Source: Leucoraja erinacea
Lineage: Eukaryota
DNA: 64,000 nt
NCBI RefSeq assembly: GCF_028641065.1
Contig: NC_073400.1
Span: 32,054,001 to 32,118,000 of the forward strand
Direction: 5' to 3'
Notes under the pieces: generated by a model
The model's input: the letters and a program-made list of their open reading frames with translations, nothing else
Database searches by the model: none
What the model was told of the DNA's origin: nothing
Program-made: the position numbers and the translations under genes
Part shown: one piece after another, positions 12,438-25,210 of the stretch
Position numbering within the stretch: position 1 is the first letter of the stretch
Layout: every line of letters begins with the position of its first letter

Positions 12438-13481
12438 GTAAGAATGTATGAAGAATACATCTGTAAAAACGTTGAACAAAGGACGCATCAATTTAATTTT
12501 TATCGCAGTGTGAACTTTTGTTGGTGTTCTTTGCTCCACCAAACATGTAGTGGCAAAGTAAATAGACTATTGAAGGCAAGAAAATGAGTGTTAGTTTATT
12601 TGTAGAGAAGTGTCTATAACGCGAAACATATTAGCTGCATAGATTAAAACTCCAGTGGTGTGAGAGAAGTGCAACTGGAAGTTTAGTTATCGTTTAGAGA
12701 GTCACCTAGCTAAAGTCGGGTTCAGAGGAGTCAGGTAGTGGATGTATAGTGTCTGTAGTTTTCCAATGTTTATTTCGGAACGTAGATATTATTGGCAATA
12801 GTGATATTTGTTGCCAATTGTGTTTCCCAGAGAAAGTAAGGTCATAGATAGTTTTGGTCAAGATGAAAAGCAACCTGGCAGGTGTCCCTTTCTGGTCAAA
12901 TTTCCTGAATACGGCAAAGGGACTTCAAACGCTTATTACGGAGAGATATGGGTTATGTGCAGGCAGATAAGTGAAGATCTTGACATGTGCTGAACCTGGG
13001 CTTCATTGTATTCATCTGGTAACCCGAACCTCATCCTAGCTCTGTGCCTGCAGGGATAATCTTATTCATTTAATGGACTTTGTGTGTTCTGTTGTGGGCC
13101 GATCGGCCTGTTCCTTATGCTTACTGTTCTTATTTAAAAGAGACAATTAAAACTCCCAGTAGAAAGGAGCATTCCTGGAAGAGAAGTGGCAGTAAATTGC
13201 ATGGAATTCAAAAAAACAACTCCAGAGACTGGAAATTTGAAACACAAACAGGAACAGCTGGAGATGTTCACCGGGTCATGGAACATCTTTGATAAAAGAA
13301 ACATTTAACATTTCAAATCCCTGACCTTCAATTAGAACTCGTCCAGTTTTTCCCAATAACTGCAATAAATTAGATCTTGCTTTGTTTAAAGTGATAGGCT
13401 GTTGATGTAAAATTGCATTCTAGATTGGTAAAATGTACGTAAAATATATTTTCTGTTAATTTTTCTCTTTCACTTTTGTAG

Positions 13482-13511
13482 GACTCATCATTTTATCCCA
13501 ATTACAACTTG
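13482..13511 (+). CDS. Chitinase unit 1 exon 2 (signal peptide [11 protein letters not shown])
   Basis: 30-bp phase1-1 exon resembling CHIA GLVLILNLQLG. Confidence 0.88.
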
Positions 13512-13850
13512 GTGAGTCACAATATTACTGGCAAATGCAAAACTTCCTACTTCAATTGTCCATTTTCTTAGAATGTTGTAAATGGTTAAACGATAAACTC
13601 AGAATCTGCATGTTGGACAGGTATTTAAATATTTTTGGGAACATTTTAAAACTGTACGTAGATATTTTTATTTCTATCATCAAAAAATAAGTGGCTATGT
13701 TGCACAGAAGTAAATTTCAGTAAGATTTTAGATTGTTGTGATAGATAAAACAAGTTAAATAATGGTACCTGTATTGATTTTGCTTTTAACTGCATAAATA
13801 TTATACTGAAAATCTTTGTTCAACATTTATTTTGAAATATTCCATTTTAG

Positions 13851-14055
13851 GCAGTAATATCAAACTTGCCTGTTATTTCACAAACTGGGCACAGTATAGA
13901 ACTGGGATTGGTCGTTACTTGCCTGAGAACATTGATCCTTTTCTGTGCACCCATCTGATATATGCTTTTGCCAAGATGAATGAAAATCACCAAATTATTA
14001 CTGTCGAAGGAAATGATGAAACTCTTTACAAGCAATTTAACGATCTCAAACTGAG
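13851..14055 (+). CDS. Chitinase unit 1 exon 3
   Basis: [20 protein letters not shown]; 205 bp, AG/GT. Confidence 0.95.
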
Positions 14056-14917
14056 GTGCGTAAACATACTTTCCACACTAAAAGTTTAACTCATGGCTTT
14101 TTCCCTATATGGACCCTTCGGTATTTACATTATTCCACCTAAATCCTTTATCGTGTCTTCAAAGTAGACATAAAAGTGCTTTATAATGTGCAACACGGTC
14201 GGTAACAACTTTTCCAACTTTCCAGAATGGATACTGATATTTATGCAAGAATTTAAAGAGTTGCCCAAAAATTATCTTAAACAGTGTCTCTTCACTGTTG
14301 ATATGCAAAAGTACAGATAAAATAATAAGCAGTGTTTTCTTTTGGGATGGTACGTATCATTATGGAGAAACTCAGAACAGCATCTATGGAGAGAAGGAAT
14401 TGGCGACGTTTCGTGTCGAGACCTTTCTTCAGACTGGATTTCTCCAGCATTTTTTGTCTACCTTTGATTTTACCAGCATCTCTAGTTCTTTCATAAAGAA
14501 TGTATCATTATGGTGTACCGTTTCCTCTAAAAGGTTAAATGTAATTTTGATATCCAGCGAAGTCATCTTACATTTATTAAAGGTGGGCACTGGCATCTTT
14601 CTGTCTACAAAATAAGCACTGATAATAATCTTTGGAAAAGTTAGAAGTATGTCAATAAATCTGCTAATGATGTTTTAGTTTACCAACTTTTTAGTAATAT
14701 TATTGCTCATTAGAGAAGGTAGATCTGCATGATACAATTTCAGTTTTATGCAGATTAATCTAGGGGTGAACCTTCAAATTTTGAATTGAAAATAATTCAA
14801 GAGAAACCAACAATGAGTATGAGTTATTCAAAAAGTCTGCAAATATATTGTTTGATTTCAAGTGCTTTTGGGATGAAAGCGGAAGGAGGCAGAGACTTGT
14901 TAATGCTAATTTTGATT

Positions 14918-15185
14918 TATAGATACAGCATGGAAACAGGCCCTTCAGCCCACCAAGTCAACCATGGATCATCCATTCGCACTAGTTCTGTGTTATCCCA
15001 CTCCCTACAAACGGGGCAATTTACAGAGTCCAATTGACCTACAAATTCCCACGTCTTTGGGATGCGGGGGGGGGAATCGGAGCACCCAGAGGAAACCAAC
15101 TTGGATACAGGGAGAACGTGCAAATTCTACACAGATAGCACCCGAGGTCAGGATCCAACCCGGGTCTTTGGCCCTGTGAGACAAC
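14918..15185 (-). mobile_element. HE1/V-type tRNA-derived SINE (paralogous copies ~37870-38135, ~59335-59545)
   Basis: Reverse-strand B-box-like head and CR1-like tail. Confidence 0.65.
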
Positions 15186-16799
15186 ACCGAAGATAGACAC
15201 AAAATGCTGGAGTAACTAACTCAACGGGACAGGCAGCATCTCTGGATAGAAGGAATACGTGATAATTCTCGTCAAGACCCTTCTACAGACTGAAAGTCAG
15301 GGGAAAGGGAGTTACAGAGATAAGGAAGTATAAACTATCAAAAGAGATGCAGATCCAGGAAAATGTAAAATAGACCATTGTTAGCCAGGAGAAGGCGACA
15401 ACAAAGCGAACAGATGCAATGTAATCAATGTAGTCAGACTAGTCAGAAAACTGGGAAGGGGAAGGGATGGAGAGAGAGGGAAAGTAACGGTTGCGAAGTT
15501 AGAGAAGTGAATATCATATTGCTGGGGTGTAAACTGCCCAAACAAAATATGAGGTGCTGTTCCTCCAATTTACTCCAGCATGTTGTGCCTATCTTCGATG
15601 TAAACCTGCATCTGTAGTTCCTTCTTACACTGGGTCAACAGCTCTACCTGCTGTGCCGCTCATTTTCCCCCAACCAAAATGGTGGTTTGTTGATTCGACA
15701 ATGGCCAAGTATATGTAACTTGAAGCACCAATACATTTCTGAACAAAAAATTCCCATCTTCACCACTGGAATAATTGGGATGATGCATTCAATTTCAGCT
15801 TCTCGGGAATGAAATCCAGTTGGGGAATAATGGAAGTAAATGAGGAAGGACTTCTCTCTGGCCCCTTTGCCTTGAAATTCTATAAAATTACACAGCTCAA
15901 AATATATTATCGAAATAATTGGATATAGACTGGAATAAAGTGCCATGATTTCACAAAAGATAATTCATTAAAGATGGAAGATCAGGTTTGAAGAAATATT
16001 CCCAGTTAATCTCCAATCCTAAACAATTGTCACCTTCGCTCCATAGATGCTGCTTCACCCGCTGAGATTCTTCAGCATTTTTGTCTACCTCATGTATAAG
16101 ATGTCGGATATAACGGACGGACCTGTTGTCCCTTTCTTGGCTCGCACCATCTCCAAGGTAGTTTAGAGCCCCATCTTTCACGGTGCACCAGCGAATCCTT
16201 CTTCACACACTGAAAGATCACAAAGTGCTGGAGTAAGTAAACAGTCCGGTTCTATGGAGAACATGGATAGGTAACATTGGGACCCTTTCCTCAGGCCAAT
16301 TCATTCTGCTGTTACTCCAGCACTTTGTGCTGTTTCACTTAAAGCTAGGCATCAATGCTGCTGATCTGCAGCTGCGAGCCCTTCTTCATCAGTTCACAGG
16401 GCTGTTTTTGCGGCTCAAGTTGTCACCCCGGGGCCACCAATGTGCCCCCACCAACTCAATGCACTCGGTCACTGTTGGGCTCTGTCCCCTCTCACCTGCT
16501 GTTGCTTCCACTGTAGAGTATGTTATTGACTCCAAGTGAGGAGGAGGAGGTGGTGCGAGGAGGAGGCACGGGAGGGGTAATATTAACGCGCTAGGGGTGT
16601 ATTGTCGTTTCATTATCACATTACCTCTGTCGGTCCAGAAAATCAGATAATCCAGAAAGGCTCTGGAATCGAGGTTGCCGAAAAATTGTTGTTCAACCTG
16701 TATATAATTTTTTACCGCTGAAAGCAGCCTTCAAAGCTAAAATTATCTGAATCAAGTTAGTTGTTAAAGTTGCACCAAACATTATTTTATTTCTTGAAG

Positions 16800-16856
16800 G
16801 AATACCAAGTTGCAAACACTGCTGGCAATAGGAGGAGCGTCGTTTGGTTCTACACT
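16800..16856 (+). CDS. Chitinase unit 1 exon 4
   Basis: [18 protein letters not shown]; 57 bp, AG/GT. Confidence 0.92.
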
Positions 16857-17710
16857 GTAAGTACACATACATGCATATTAACAAACTATATCAATGTAAC
16901 AATTGTCAAGTAATCACAATATTTTCCTGTAAAAGATGTTAAATGTATAAAACTAGAAAGATTGAAATCACCGAAGTATCTAGCTCGGTCAGAGGGCTAG
17001 AGGTTCCGATAGTTTTAAAAACAGGAGTTCATTAATGTTTGCGGAAGACTAGGCTACTGCTATTTTTTTCTGACTTCATTGTCCAGTGCAAATTAACTTT
17101 TAACTCTTTTCTATCTTCCACCAAACTCTCACCAACTATTGTTCTCAGGGGTCCGAAGCACTTGTGAATGTGAATACTTTGGGTTATTGGGGGGAAGTTA
17201 AAACAAAAACCAATATATGTAACTATAAGCTGCAGCTGGGGCTATTTTATGCGGCTTCATATGATTTATTTAATTCCTTCCGAAATACTGCAGGGGCGGA
17301 TGGATGCAATTAAAATCGAGATTACTGAATCTGGCATTGATTTCTCTTTTCCATGCTTTGTCTGAATGAACCAGGTATCTCAGAACAGATCTTGGGCTAA
17401 TTTTAGAATCTTTTCAATTTATAGTTTTGGTATCATCTCATTTAGTCAACAATTTATTTAGATCTTCGAGTTGAGTACTAGTCAATTTAAAAGTATGTGT
17501 TTCTTATTTAACCAGCATTTATATCTCAAAAGATATGTATTAATCCACAGTCTGAGCTTTTTTTCAGTAAAATATGTAATTTTATTTTAATACTTGTATT
17601 TTCAAGTCAAACATGTCATCAACATAAGTTTGTTTACATTGTTACAATGTTGATGATTTAACTCAACAAATTCTTATTGTTAGCTTCTCCCGCTCTGGTT
17701 TCTCCCTCAG

Positions 17711-17876
17711 CTTTAATAGCATGGTGTCTACTCCGGCAAATAGACAAGGATTCATCAATTCTGTGATTATTTTTCTGAGGAAGCATAGGTTTGATGGGTT
17801 TGAGCTCGATTGGGAGTTTCCAGGTACCACAGGAAATCCACCAGAAAATAAAGAACGTTTTACAGCGTTGGTAACG
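17711..17876 (+). CDS. Chitinase unit 1 exon 5 (catalytic motif DGFELDWE)
   Basis: 166 bp, AG/GT. Confidence 0.95.
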
Positions 17877-18134
17877 GTAAATAAAACAATATTCCAATTA
17901 AATAATTTTAAATGAGCAGTGCTGCTTCACTATTGATTATGAATTGTTACAAGCCTTCTGACAATGAGTGCCATTTTTAATTTAAACTAGACGACCCATG
18001 GATACGTTGGGTCCCCATTGTGACGCCAGTCAAGTAAGAATGAGATCAAAATGGCGATCTGAAAATGGTGCCTGTCTTGGATTTGTTGGTACCAAGTAAT
18101 GTATTTTGAAAAGTCATATTGTAGTAGGACAAAG

Positions 18135-20470
18135 AAGCATAGAAAATAGGTACAGGAGTAGGCCATTCAGCCCTTCGAGCCGGCACCACCATTCAATATG
18201 ATCATGGCTGATCATCCAGAATCAATACCCTGTTCCTGCTTTCTCCCCATATTCCTTGATTCCGTTAGCCCTATCTAACTCTCTCTTGAATACATCCAGT
18301 GAATTTGCATCCACTGCCTTCTGTGGCAGAGAATTCCACAGATTCACAACTGTCTGCGTGAATTTTTTTTCTCATCACAATAGACAATAGGTGCAGGAGA
18401 AGGCCATTCGGCCCTTCAATGATCAGCACCGCCATTCAATGTGATCATGGCTGATCATCCACAATCAGTACCCCGTTCCTGCCTTCTCCCCATATCCCCT
18501 GACTCCACGCTATCTTCTAGAGCCCTATCTAGTTCTCTCTTGAACATATCCAGAGAACCGGCCTCCACCACCCTCTGAGGCACAGACTCACAACTCTCTG
18601 TGTGAAAAAGTGTTTCCCCATCTTCGTTCGAAATGGCTTACCCTTTATTCTTAAACTGTGGCCCCTGGTTCTGGACTCCCCCAACATCGGGAACATGCTT
18701 CCTGCCTCTAGCGTGTCCAAACCCTAAATAATCTTATATGTTTCAATAAGATACCCTCTCATCCTAAATTCCAGAGTATACAAGCTCAGCCGCGCCATTC
18801 TCTCAGCATATGACAGTCTCACCACCCTGGGAATTAACCTTGTGAACCTATGCTTCCCTCCCTCAATAGCAAGAATGTCCTAAATGGCCATCCCCTTATT
18901 CTTAAACTGTGACCACTGGTTCTGGATTTCCCCAACATGGAGAACGCTTTTTCCTGCATCTAGTTGTCCAATCCCGTATGAAATTTTATATGTGTCTATA
19001 AGATCCCGTCTCATCCTTCTAAATTCCAGTGAATATAAGCCTAGTCGATCCATTCTTTCATCATTTGTCAGTCCCAGGAATTAACCTGGTGAACCTACGT
19101 TGCACTCTCTCAATAGCAAGAATGTCCTTCCTCAAATTGGGAGACCAAAACTGCACACAATACTTCAGGTGCGTTCTCACCAGGGCCCTGTACAACTGCA
19201 GTAGGACCTCCCTGCTCCTATATTCAAATCCTCTCGCTGTGAAGGCCAACATGCCATAAGCATTTTTCACTGACTGCTGTACCTGCATGCATACTTTCAG
19301 TGACTGATGTACAAGGACACTTAGGTCTCATTGCACCTCCCCTTTTCCTAATTTAGCACCATTCAGATAATAATCTGCCTTCTTGTTCTTGCCACCAAAG
19401 TTGGTAACCTCACATTTATCCATATTACACTGCATCTACTTTGCATCTGCCCACTCACCCAACCTATCCAAGTTACCCTACATCCTCATAGTATTCTCGC
19501 TGTTCACACTGCCACCTATCTTTGTGCCAATTAATAACTGGGGTCCCAGCACTGAGCCTTGCCGCACCCCACTAGTCATTGCCTGCCATTCTGAAAAGGA
19601 GCCTGTTAATTCCTTCTCTTTGCTTCCTGTCTGCAAACCAGTTGTCTATCCATGTCAATACCCTACCCCCAATACCATGTAGTCTAATTTTGCGCACTAA
19701 TATCTTGTATGGGACCTTATCAACGGTTTTTGAAAGTCCAGATACACCACATCCACTAACTCTCCCTTATCCATTCTACTTGTTACATCCTCAAAAAAGT
19801 CCAGAAGATTAGTCAAGCATGATTTCCCCTTCATAAATCCATGCTGGCTTTGACCGATCCTGTCACTGCTTTCCAAATGCTCTGCTGTTACATCTTTAAT
19901 AATTGACTCGAGCATCTTCCCCACCACCGATGTCAGGCTAACTGATCTATAATTCCCTGTTTTCTCTCTCTCTCTCCTTTCTTAAAAAATGGGTTTACAT
20001 TAGCTACCCTCCAGTCCAGAGGAACTAATCCAGAGTCTATAGAACATTGGAAAATGATCACCAATGCATCCATGATTTATAGGGCCACTTCCTTGATGCA
20101 CTTTGGGATGCAGACAATCAGGTCCTGGGGATTTATCTGCCTTCAGTCGCAACAGTTTACCCAATACCATTTCAAGACCAATGTGAATTTCCTCAGTTCC
20201 TCTGTCACGCTAGATCCTTGGTATCCTAGTATTTCTGGGGGGTTGTGTCTTAGTGAAGACAGAACCAAAGTACTGGTCTGCCATTTCCTTGTTTCCCATT
20301 ATAAATTCACCTGTTTCTAACTTACATTTGTCTTTCACTAACCTTTTCCTCTTCATATATCTAAAGAAGCTTTTACAGTCAATGTTTATATTCTCTGCAA
20401 GCTTTCTTTCATGCTCTATTTACCCCCCTCTTAACCCCTTTGCCCTCCTCTGTTGAATTCTAAATTTCTC
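18135..20470 (-). mobile_element. Nested, decayed CR1/HER1 LINE fragments
   Basis: QHGFMKGKSCLTNLLDFF, LYRALVRTHLKYCVQFWSP, ESRTRGHSLRI. Confidence 0.88.
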
Positions 20471-20709
20471 CCAGTCCTCTGGTATGGTGGGTCAATAGAG
20501 GATGATACAAAGAAAGGTGGAGGGGCACCTAGTGGAGAGGAAGCAGTGAGTCTGCAGAAACTGGGCAAGTTGGAAGAATGGGCAAAGAACTGGCAGGTGG
20601 AATGCAACGTAGCAAGGTGTGTGGTCATGCACGTTAATAATAGGAATAAACGCGTGCACTGTTTTATACATGGGGAGATTCGGAAATCAGAGGTGCAAGG
20701 GACTTGGAT

Positions 20710-21170
20710 GTGATTCGTCCTTGATTATGTTGATGGCCTTGCTAAAGCAGCGTGAAGTGTAGATGGAGTCAATGGAAAGGAGGTTAGTTTGCGTGATGGT
20801 CTGGGCTGCGTCTACACTTCTCTGCGATTCCATACGGTCTTGGATGGAGCTGTTCTCAAACCTTGCTGTGATACATCTTGATAAAATGCATTCTACAACG
20901 CATCTGTTGAAGTTGGTGAGAGTTGTTGGGGACATGCCGAACTTCCTAAGCCTTCTACAGAGGTAGAGGCGTTGGTGTGCTGTCTTGGCCATAGCTTCAA
21001 TTTGGCTAGTCCAGGACAAGGTGATATTTACTCCTCGGAACTTGAAGCTTTCAACTATCTCTACTTTGGTACTGTCAATGTATGTGTACCACTTTGCTTC
21101 CTGAAGTCAATCATAATCTCCTTTGTCTTACTCACATGGAGGGAAAGGAATTATCGTAACACCAGGTTAT
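20710..21170 (-). mobile_element. Rex1-type LINE fragment (paralogous copies ~40340-40930, ~63430-64000)
   Basis: AHQRLYLCRRLRKFGMSPTTLTNF. Confidence 0.75.
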
Positions 21171-21859
21171 GAGGTTAGGCATAACAGTCAGCATTGAAGA
21201 GGTGTCATTTATATTCTGTACAATTCTGTGGTGCAAGGGTGGACACTGGTACGGTTGATGTTATAATGACATTGTTCCATAACATTTATAGAGTTTAATT
21301 ATTATCAAACTAAATTTATGCTGAACAGTTTAAGGAGATTCCAAAATGATAGGTCAAAGATTGAGCAAATCACTGAGCTTTAATGGGGAATCATGGGAGG
21401 AATAGCTTTTGAAACCAGGCATAGTTTATGAAGGCAAAGCTTGGAGTTGGGTCTTCTAAGACATTTCTGGTTTACCTGCTGCGTGTCTGACCAGCTTTCT
21501 AACAATTTAAAGATTGCTGGAGGGTCAATAGAGTTGATGGTTGTCATCATTTTGACCTATCAAAAGCTAAGGATAATTTCCAAAATTTCTTCCTGTGTCC
21601 AATACTTCCCATCAGGCTTTAATTCTGGCCTTTTCAGGACCGATGATATAAGTAGGTTGCAATTTCTAAATGTTAAATGTTCCTTCACTGATTTCAGGAG
21701 ACCTAATTTAAATGCTGTTGTTTTGAAAGTTTGTTTTTGGAAATGGATATGTATTGGATAAAAGTATGGTTATAATCTTGAAGATAGTTATCTCTCCTGT
21801 CATCACAAAAAACGTCTGCTGAGATCATGGACCATAATATTGGTTATCTGTACCCCCAG

Positions 21860-21984
21860 GAAATAAAAGCTGCCTTTGTAAAGGAAGAAGAAACATCAGG
21901 AAAACGTAGATTACTGATTGTGGCAGCCGTGGCTGCTGCTAAAGGCACCATTGATACGAGTTATGAAGTGGCTAAAATTGCTGC
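21860..21984 (+). CDS. Chitinase unit 1 exon 6
   Basis: EIKAAFVKE..RLLIVAAVAAA..YEVAKIA; 125 bp. Confidence 0.93.
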
Positions 21985-22418
21985 GTAAGTACAATTTTTT
22001 AAGTGCAGATATTTTCATGTCGTACAGTTCTTTCTGTAATATTAAGCTAAGACAGAGGAACAAAACTGGGTTTTGTGACCCAGCGTGGGGGGGACAATGG
22101 ACAATGAAGGATCCGGAGTGGGCGGACTGCCATGAAGGAGGGTGGATGGGGAGGGGAGGTGAGAACATTTTAGTTAGTGAATAGTTGATGACTAGGTTCA
22201 TTTCATCTCTTTGCTGATGATCGAGATTAAGTCGAAGTAATAATTAGGTAAATGAGATTGAATTTGTTGAATTTGCACTTTCTCCCTGCAAGCGTGTGGG
22301 TTTCCTCCCACATACCAAAGACACATTGGCTTTGTAGGTTAACTTGTCTCTGTAAAATTGCCCCTAATGTGTAGGGAGTGGGTGAGCAAAGTGGGATAAC
22401 AGAACTTGTGTAAATGGG

Positions 22419-23330
22419 TAGACAAAAATGCTGGAGAAACTCATCGGGTGAGGCAGTATCTATGGAGCGAAGGAAATAGGCGACGTTTCGGGTCGATACC
22501 CTTCTTCACACTAATGTAAGGGTGGGTGAGGGGGACGGGAAGAAGAAAGGAAGAGGCAGAGGAAGTGGACTGAGAGAGCTGGGATGGGGAGGAAAAAGCA
22601 GGGACTATCTGAAATTGAAGAAGTCATTGCTCATATCACTGGGATGTAAACTGCCCAAGCCAAATATGAATTGCTGCTCCTCCAATTTATGGTCTGGCCA
22701 TGGAGGAGGCCCAGGACAGAAAGGTAGGATTCAGAATGGGAGGGGGAGTTAAAGTACTGAGCCACCGGGAGATCAGGTTGGTTATTGCGAACCGAGCGGA
22801 GGTGTTGGGCGAAGCGATCGCCAAGTCTACTCTTGGTCTCACCGATGTAGAGCAGCTGACACCTAGAGCAGCGGATGCAATAGATGAGGTTGGAGTAGGT
22901 GCAGGTGAACCTCTACCGCACCTGGAAAGACTGCTTGGATCCTTAAATGGAGTCAAGGGGGGAGGTAATGAAACAAGTGTAGCATTTCCTGCTGTTGCAA
23001 GGGAAAGAGCCAGGAGAGGGGGTGGTTTGGGTGGGAAAGGATGAATTGACCAGGGAGTTAGAGAGGGAGCGGTCTCTGGAAAGCCGACAGGGGAGGAGAT
23101 GGAAAGATGTGGCCAATGGTGGGATCCCATTCGTAGACAAAAAATCTGGAGAAAATCAGCGGGTGAGGCAGCATCTATGGAGCGAAGGAATAGGCGACGT
23201 TTTGGGTCGAGACCCTTCTTCATACTCATGTCGGGGGGGGGACGGGAAAAAGAAAGGAAGAGGCGGAGACAGTAAGCTATGGGAGAGCTGGGGAAGGAGG
23301 GAAAAAACAAGGACTGCCTGAAATTGGAGG
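22419..23330 (-). mobile_element. Penelope-like element: GIY-YIG fragment between repeated termini
   Basis: Minus-strand LLYIGETKSRLGDRFAQHLRSV; terminal repeat at ~22419-22630 and ~23135-23330. Confidence 0.85.
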
Positions 23331-23394
23331 GGGAGGGACAACGGAGGACCCGACGAGGGGGGACCGCCGGGAAGGGTGGGGGGAGAACATAGGG

Positions 23395-24330
23395 TAGCAA
23401 TGTTACAAAATTTTGACCTTGTTTTTCCTCAACTTTTCAATTTTGGCATTGTAAACTACAAGTTTTTGCTCTTCAAACCACGCATGACATGCCTTTCTGC
23501 GCACTACTTTCCCATTAAGAATGTCCTGTAGATTCCATTTCTTAAGAAAATAATATATTTTTTAAATAGCTTAAGTATCCAAATAACAAACTAATCCCAT
23601 TCACACAAGAATTCACAATATAACATGATTTTTAAATATCACTGTCATGAATTTATATGCCAGATGGAAGGAATTTAATGTTTAATTCCCGTAAATTAAT
23701 CTAGAAACATCCACTCGATATAATACATTTTTTTTTCCACAATATATGGGACTAAAACTGATATTTAGTATAAAAATATTGGCTATGGATAGACAATAAC
23801 ACAAAATATAGACGATTTATATGCTCTTATGACATGATTGTCCTAAAAAGCATTTAAATCATCTTGCGAGTGGTTTTTTCTGGAACGCGATCGATTGGAA
23901 CGTTGGATTTGCGGTGAATTTGAACTTAATATCGGCAGGAAAAACACTGCCGGTTCGTATGGGGCCCAAATAACATTTTCACAACGTAAAATTAGATTAA
24001 AGCCATCCGAAGAAACAAGATTACATATAAAATAAACGACTTACCCTTTGTTTTGTCCCGTTCTTGCGATCTGTCACGTTGTAGGCGTTGAGGGCGTAAG
24101 AAGTCGCTTTTTATTTTAATCAATTTGTCTCGCTATTTGAAAAAAAAAAATCGAGAACGGAAGACAGATCAATTTTTCTTCAGCAGCTAGCAGACCGAGG
24201 AAATCCACCTCTGTCAGGCAGTAGAAAACTGGATTTTAATCCCGCCCCCCCCCTTAAAGGTGCCAAAGCCGCGCACATGGCCAGTAGCAGAACTGCAGCG
24301 CTGCTGAAAGTAACTTTTGTAACATCGCTA
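23395..24330. mobile_element. Non-autonomous TIR DNA transposon
   Basis: TIRs TAGCAATGTTACAAAA / TTTTGTAACATCGCTA; CATAGGG on both flanks. Confidence 0.8.
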
Positions 24331-25175
24331 CATAGGGTGAACTTGCGCGTGGTGGGGGGTGGATTTGTAACTTTGTAAGTGCCCATCATGGGAGGTATGC
24401 AAGGAAAGACCTTTATGGGATTAACTGGATTTGTCTTTGCCTTTGTCAAATTAATTTCCTTGGTGAGTGCTGGGATGTCATTTAAACATTATTCTAACTG
24501 AGTTTTAGTCGCGTGGTTTTCTAGGCCATTTCTTCTTTCTAGGATGGTAGTGAACCAGTTGAATTTTTACAACAAATGGTTGGTCTCATTGATGATAGCT
24601 TTTAAATCCAGATTTAGGTAATTAAATGAATTGAAATTCCATAAGCTTGCATGATTTGAATTTGTGCCATCAGTTCATTAGCCCGGGACTCGTCTAATAT
24701 GGAAATGCATTTATTATGGAATTATTATTGAAAATTGTGTACATTTTGGAATCTAGACTGCTGCCTTGAGCAAATTTCATATTACTTCCTTAAACAGCAA
24801 CTGGGTTTCAACAACAAAGAGAGTTTATTCAAACTGATACATATTCAATTTATGCATTATTCTTTCTAGAGGCATGACTCATCCTACCCCAACTAGAGAG
24901 CAGTCCTGAACTATTATCAACCTCAATGGTGACCCTCGGACTACCTTTGATCTGACTTTAATGGCTTTACCTTGCACTAAACGTTATTCACTTATAACGT
25001 ATCTATACAGTCAATGATTGTAATCATTTATTGCCTTTCCGCTGACTGGATAGCACGCAAAAAAAGCTTTTCACTGCACCTCAGTACACGTGACGATAAA
25101 CTAAACTGAACTGTTTATTTATCAGCTGGGGAAATTGGTGTTACATTTAATAAATATTACATTTTCACTTTTTAG

Positions 25176-25210
25176 ACAACTGGACTTTATGCATGTGATG
25201 TCTTATGATT
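25176..25210 (+). CDS. Chitinase unit 1 exon 7, 5' half
   Basis: tttag|A CAA CTG GAC..TAT GAT = QLDFMHVMSYD, then L2. Confidence 0.9.
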
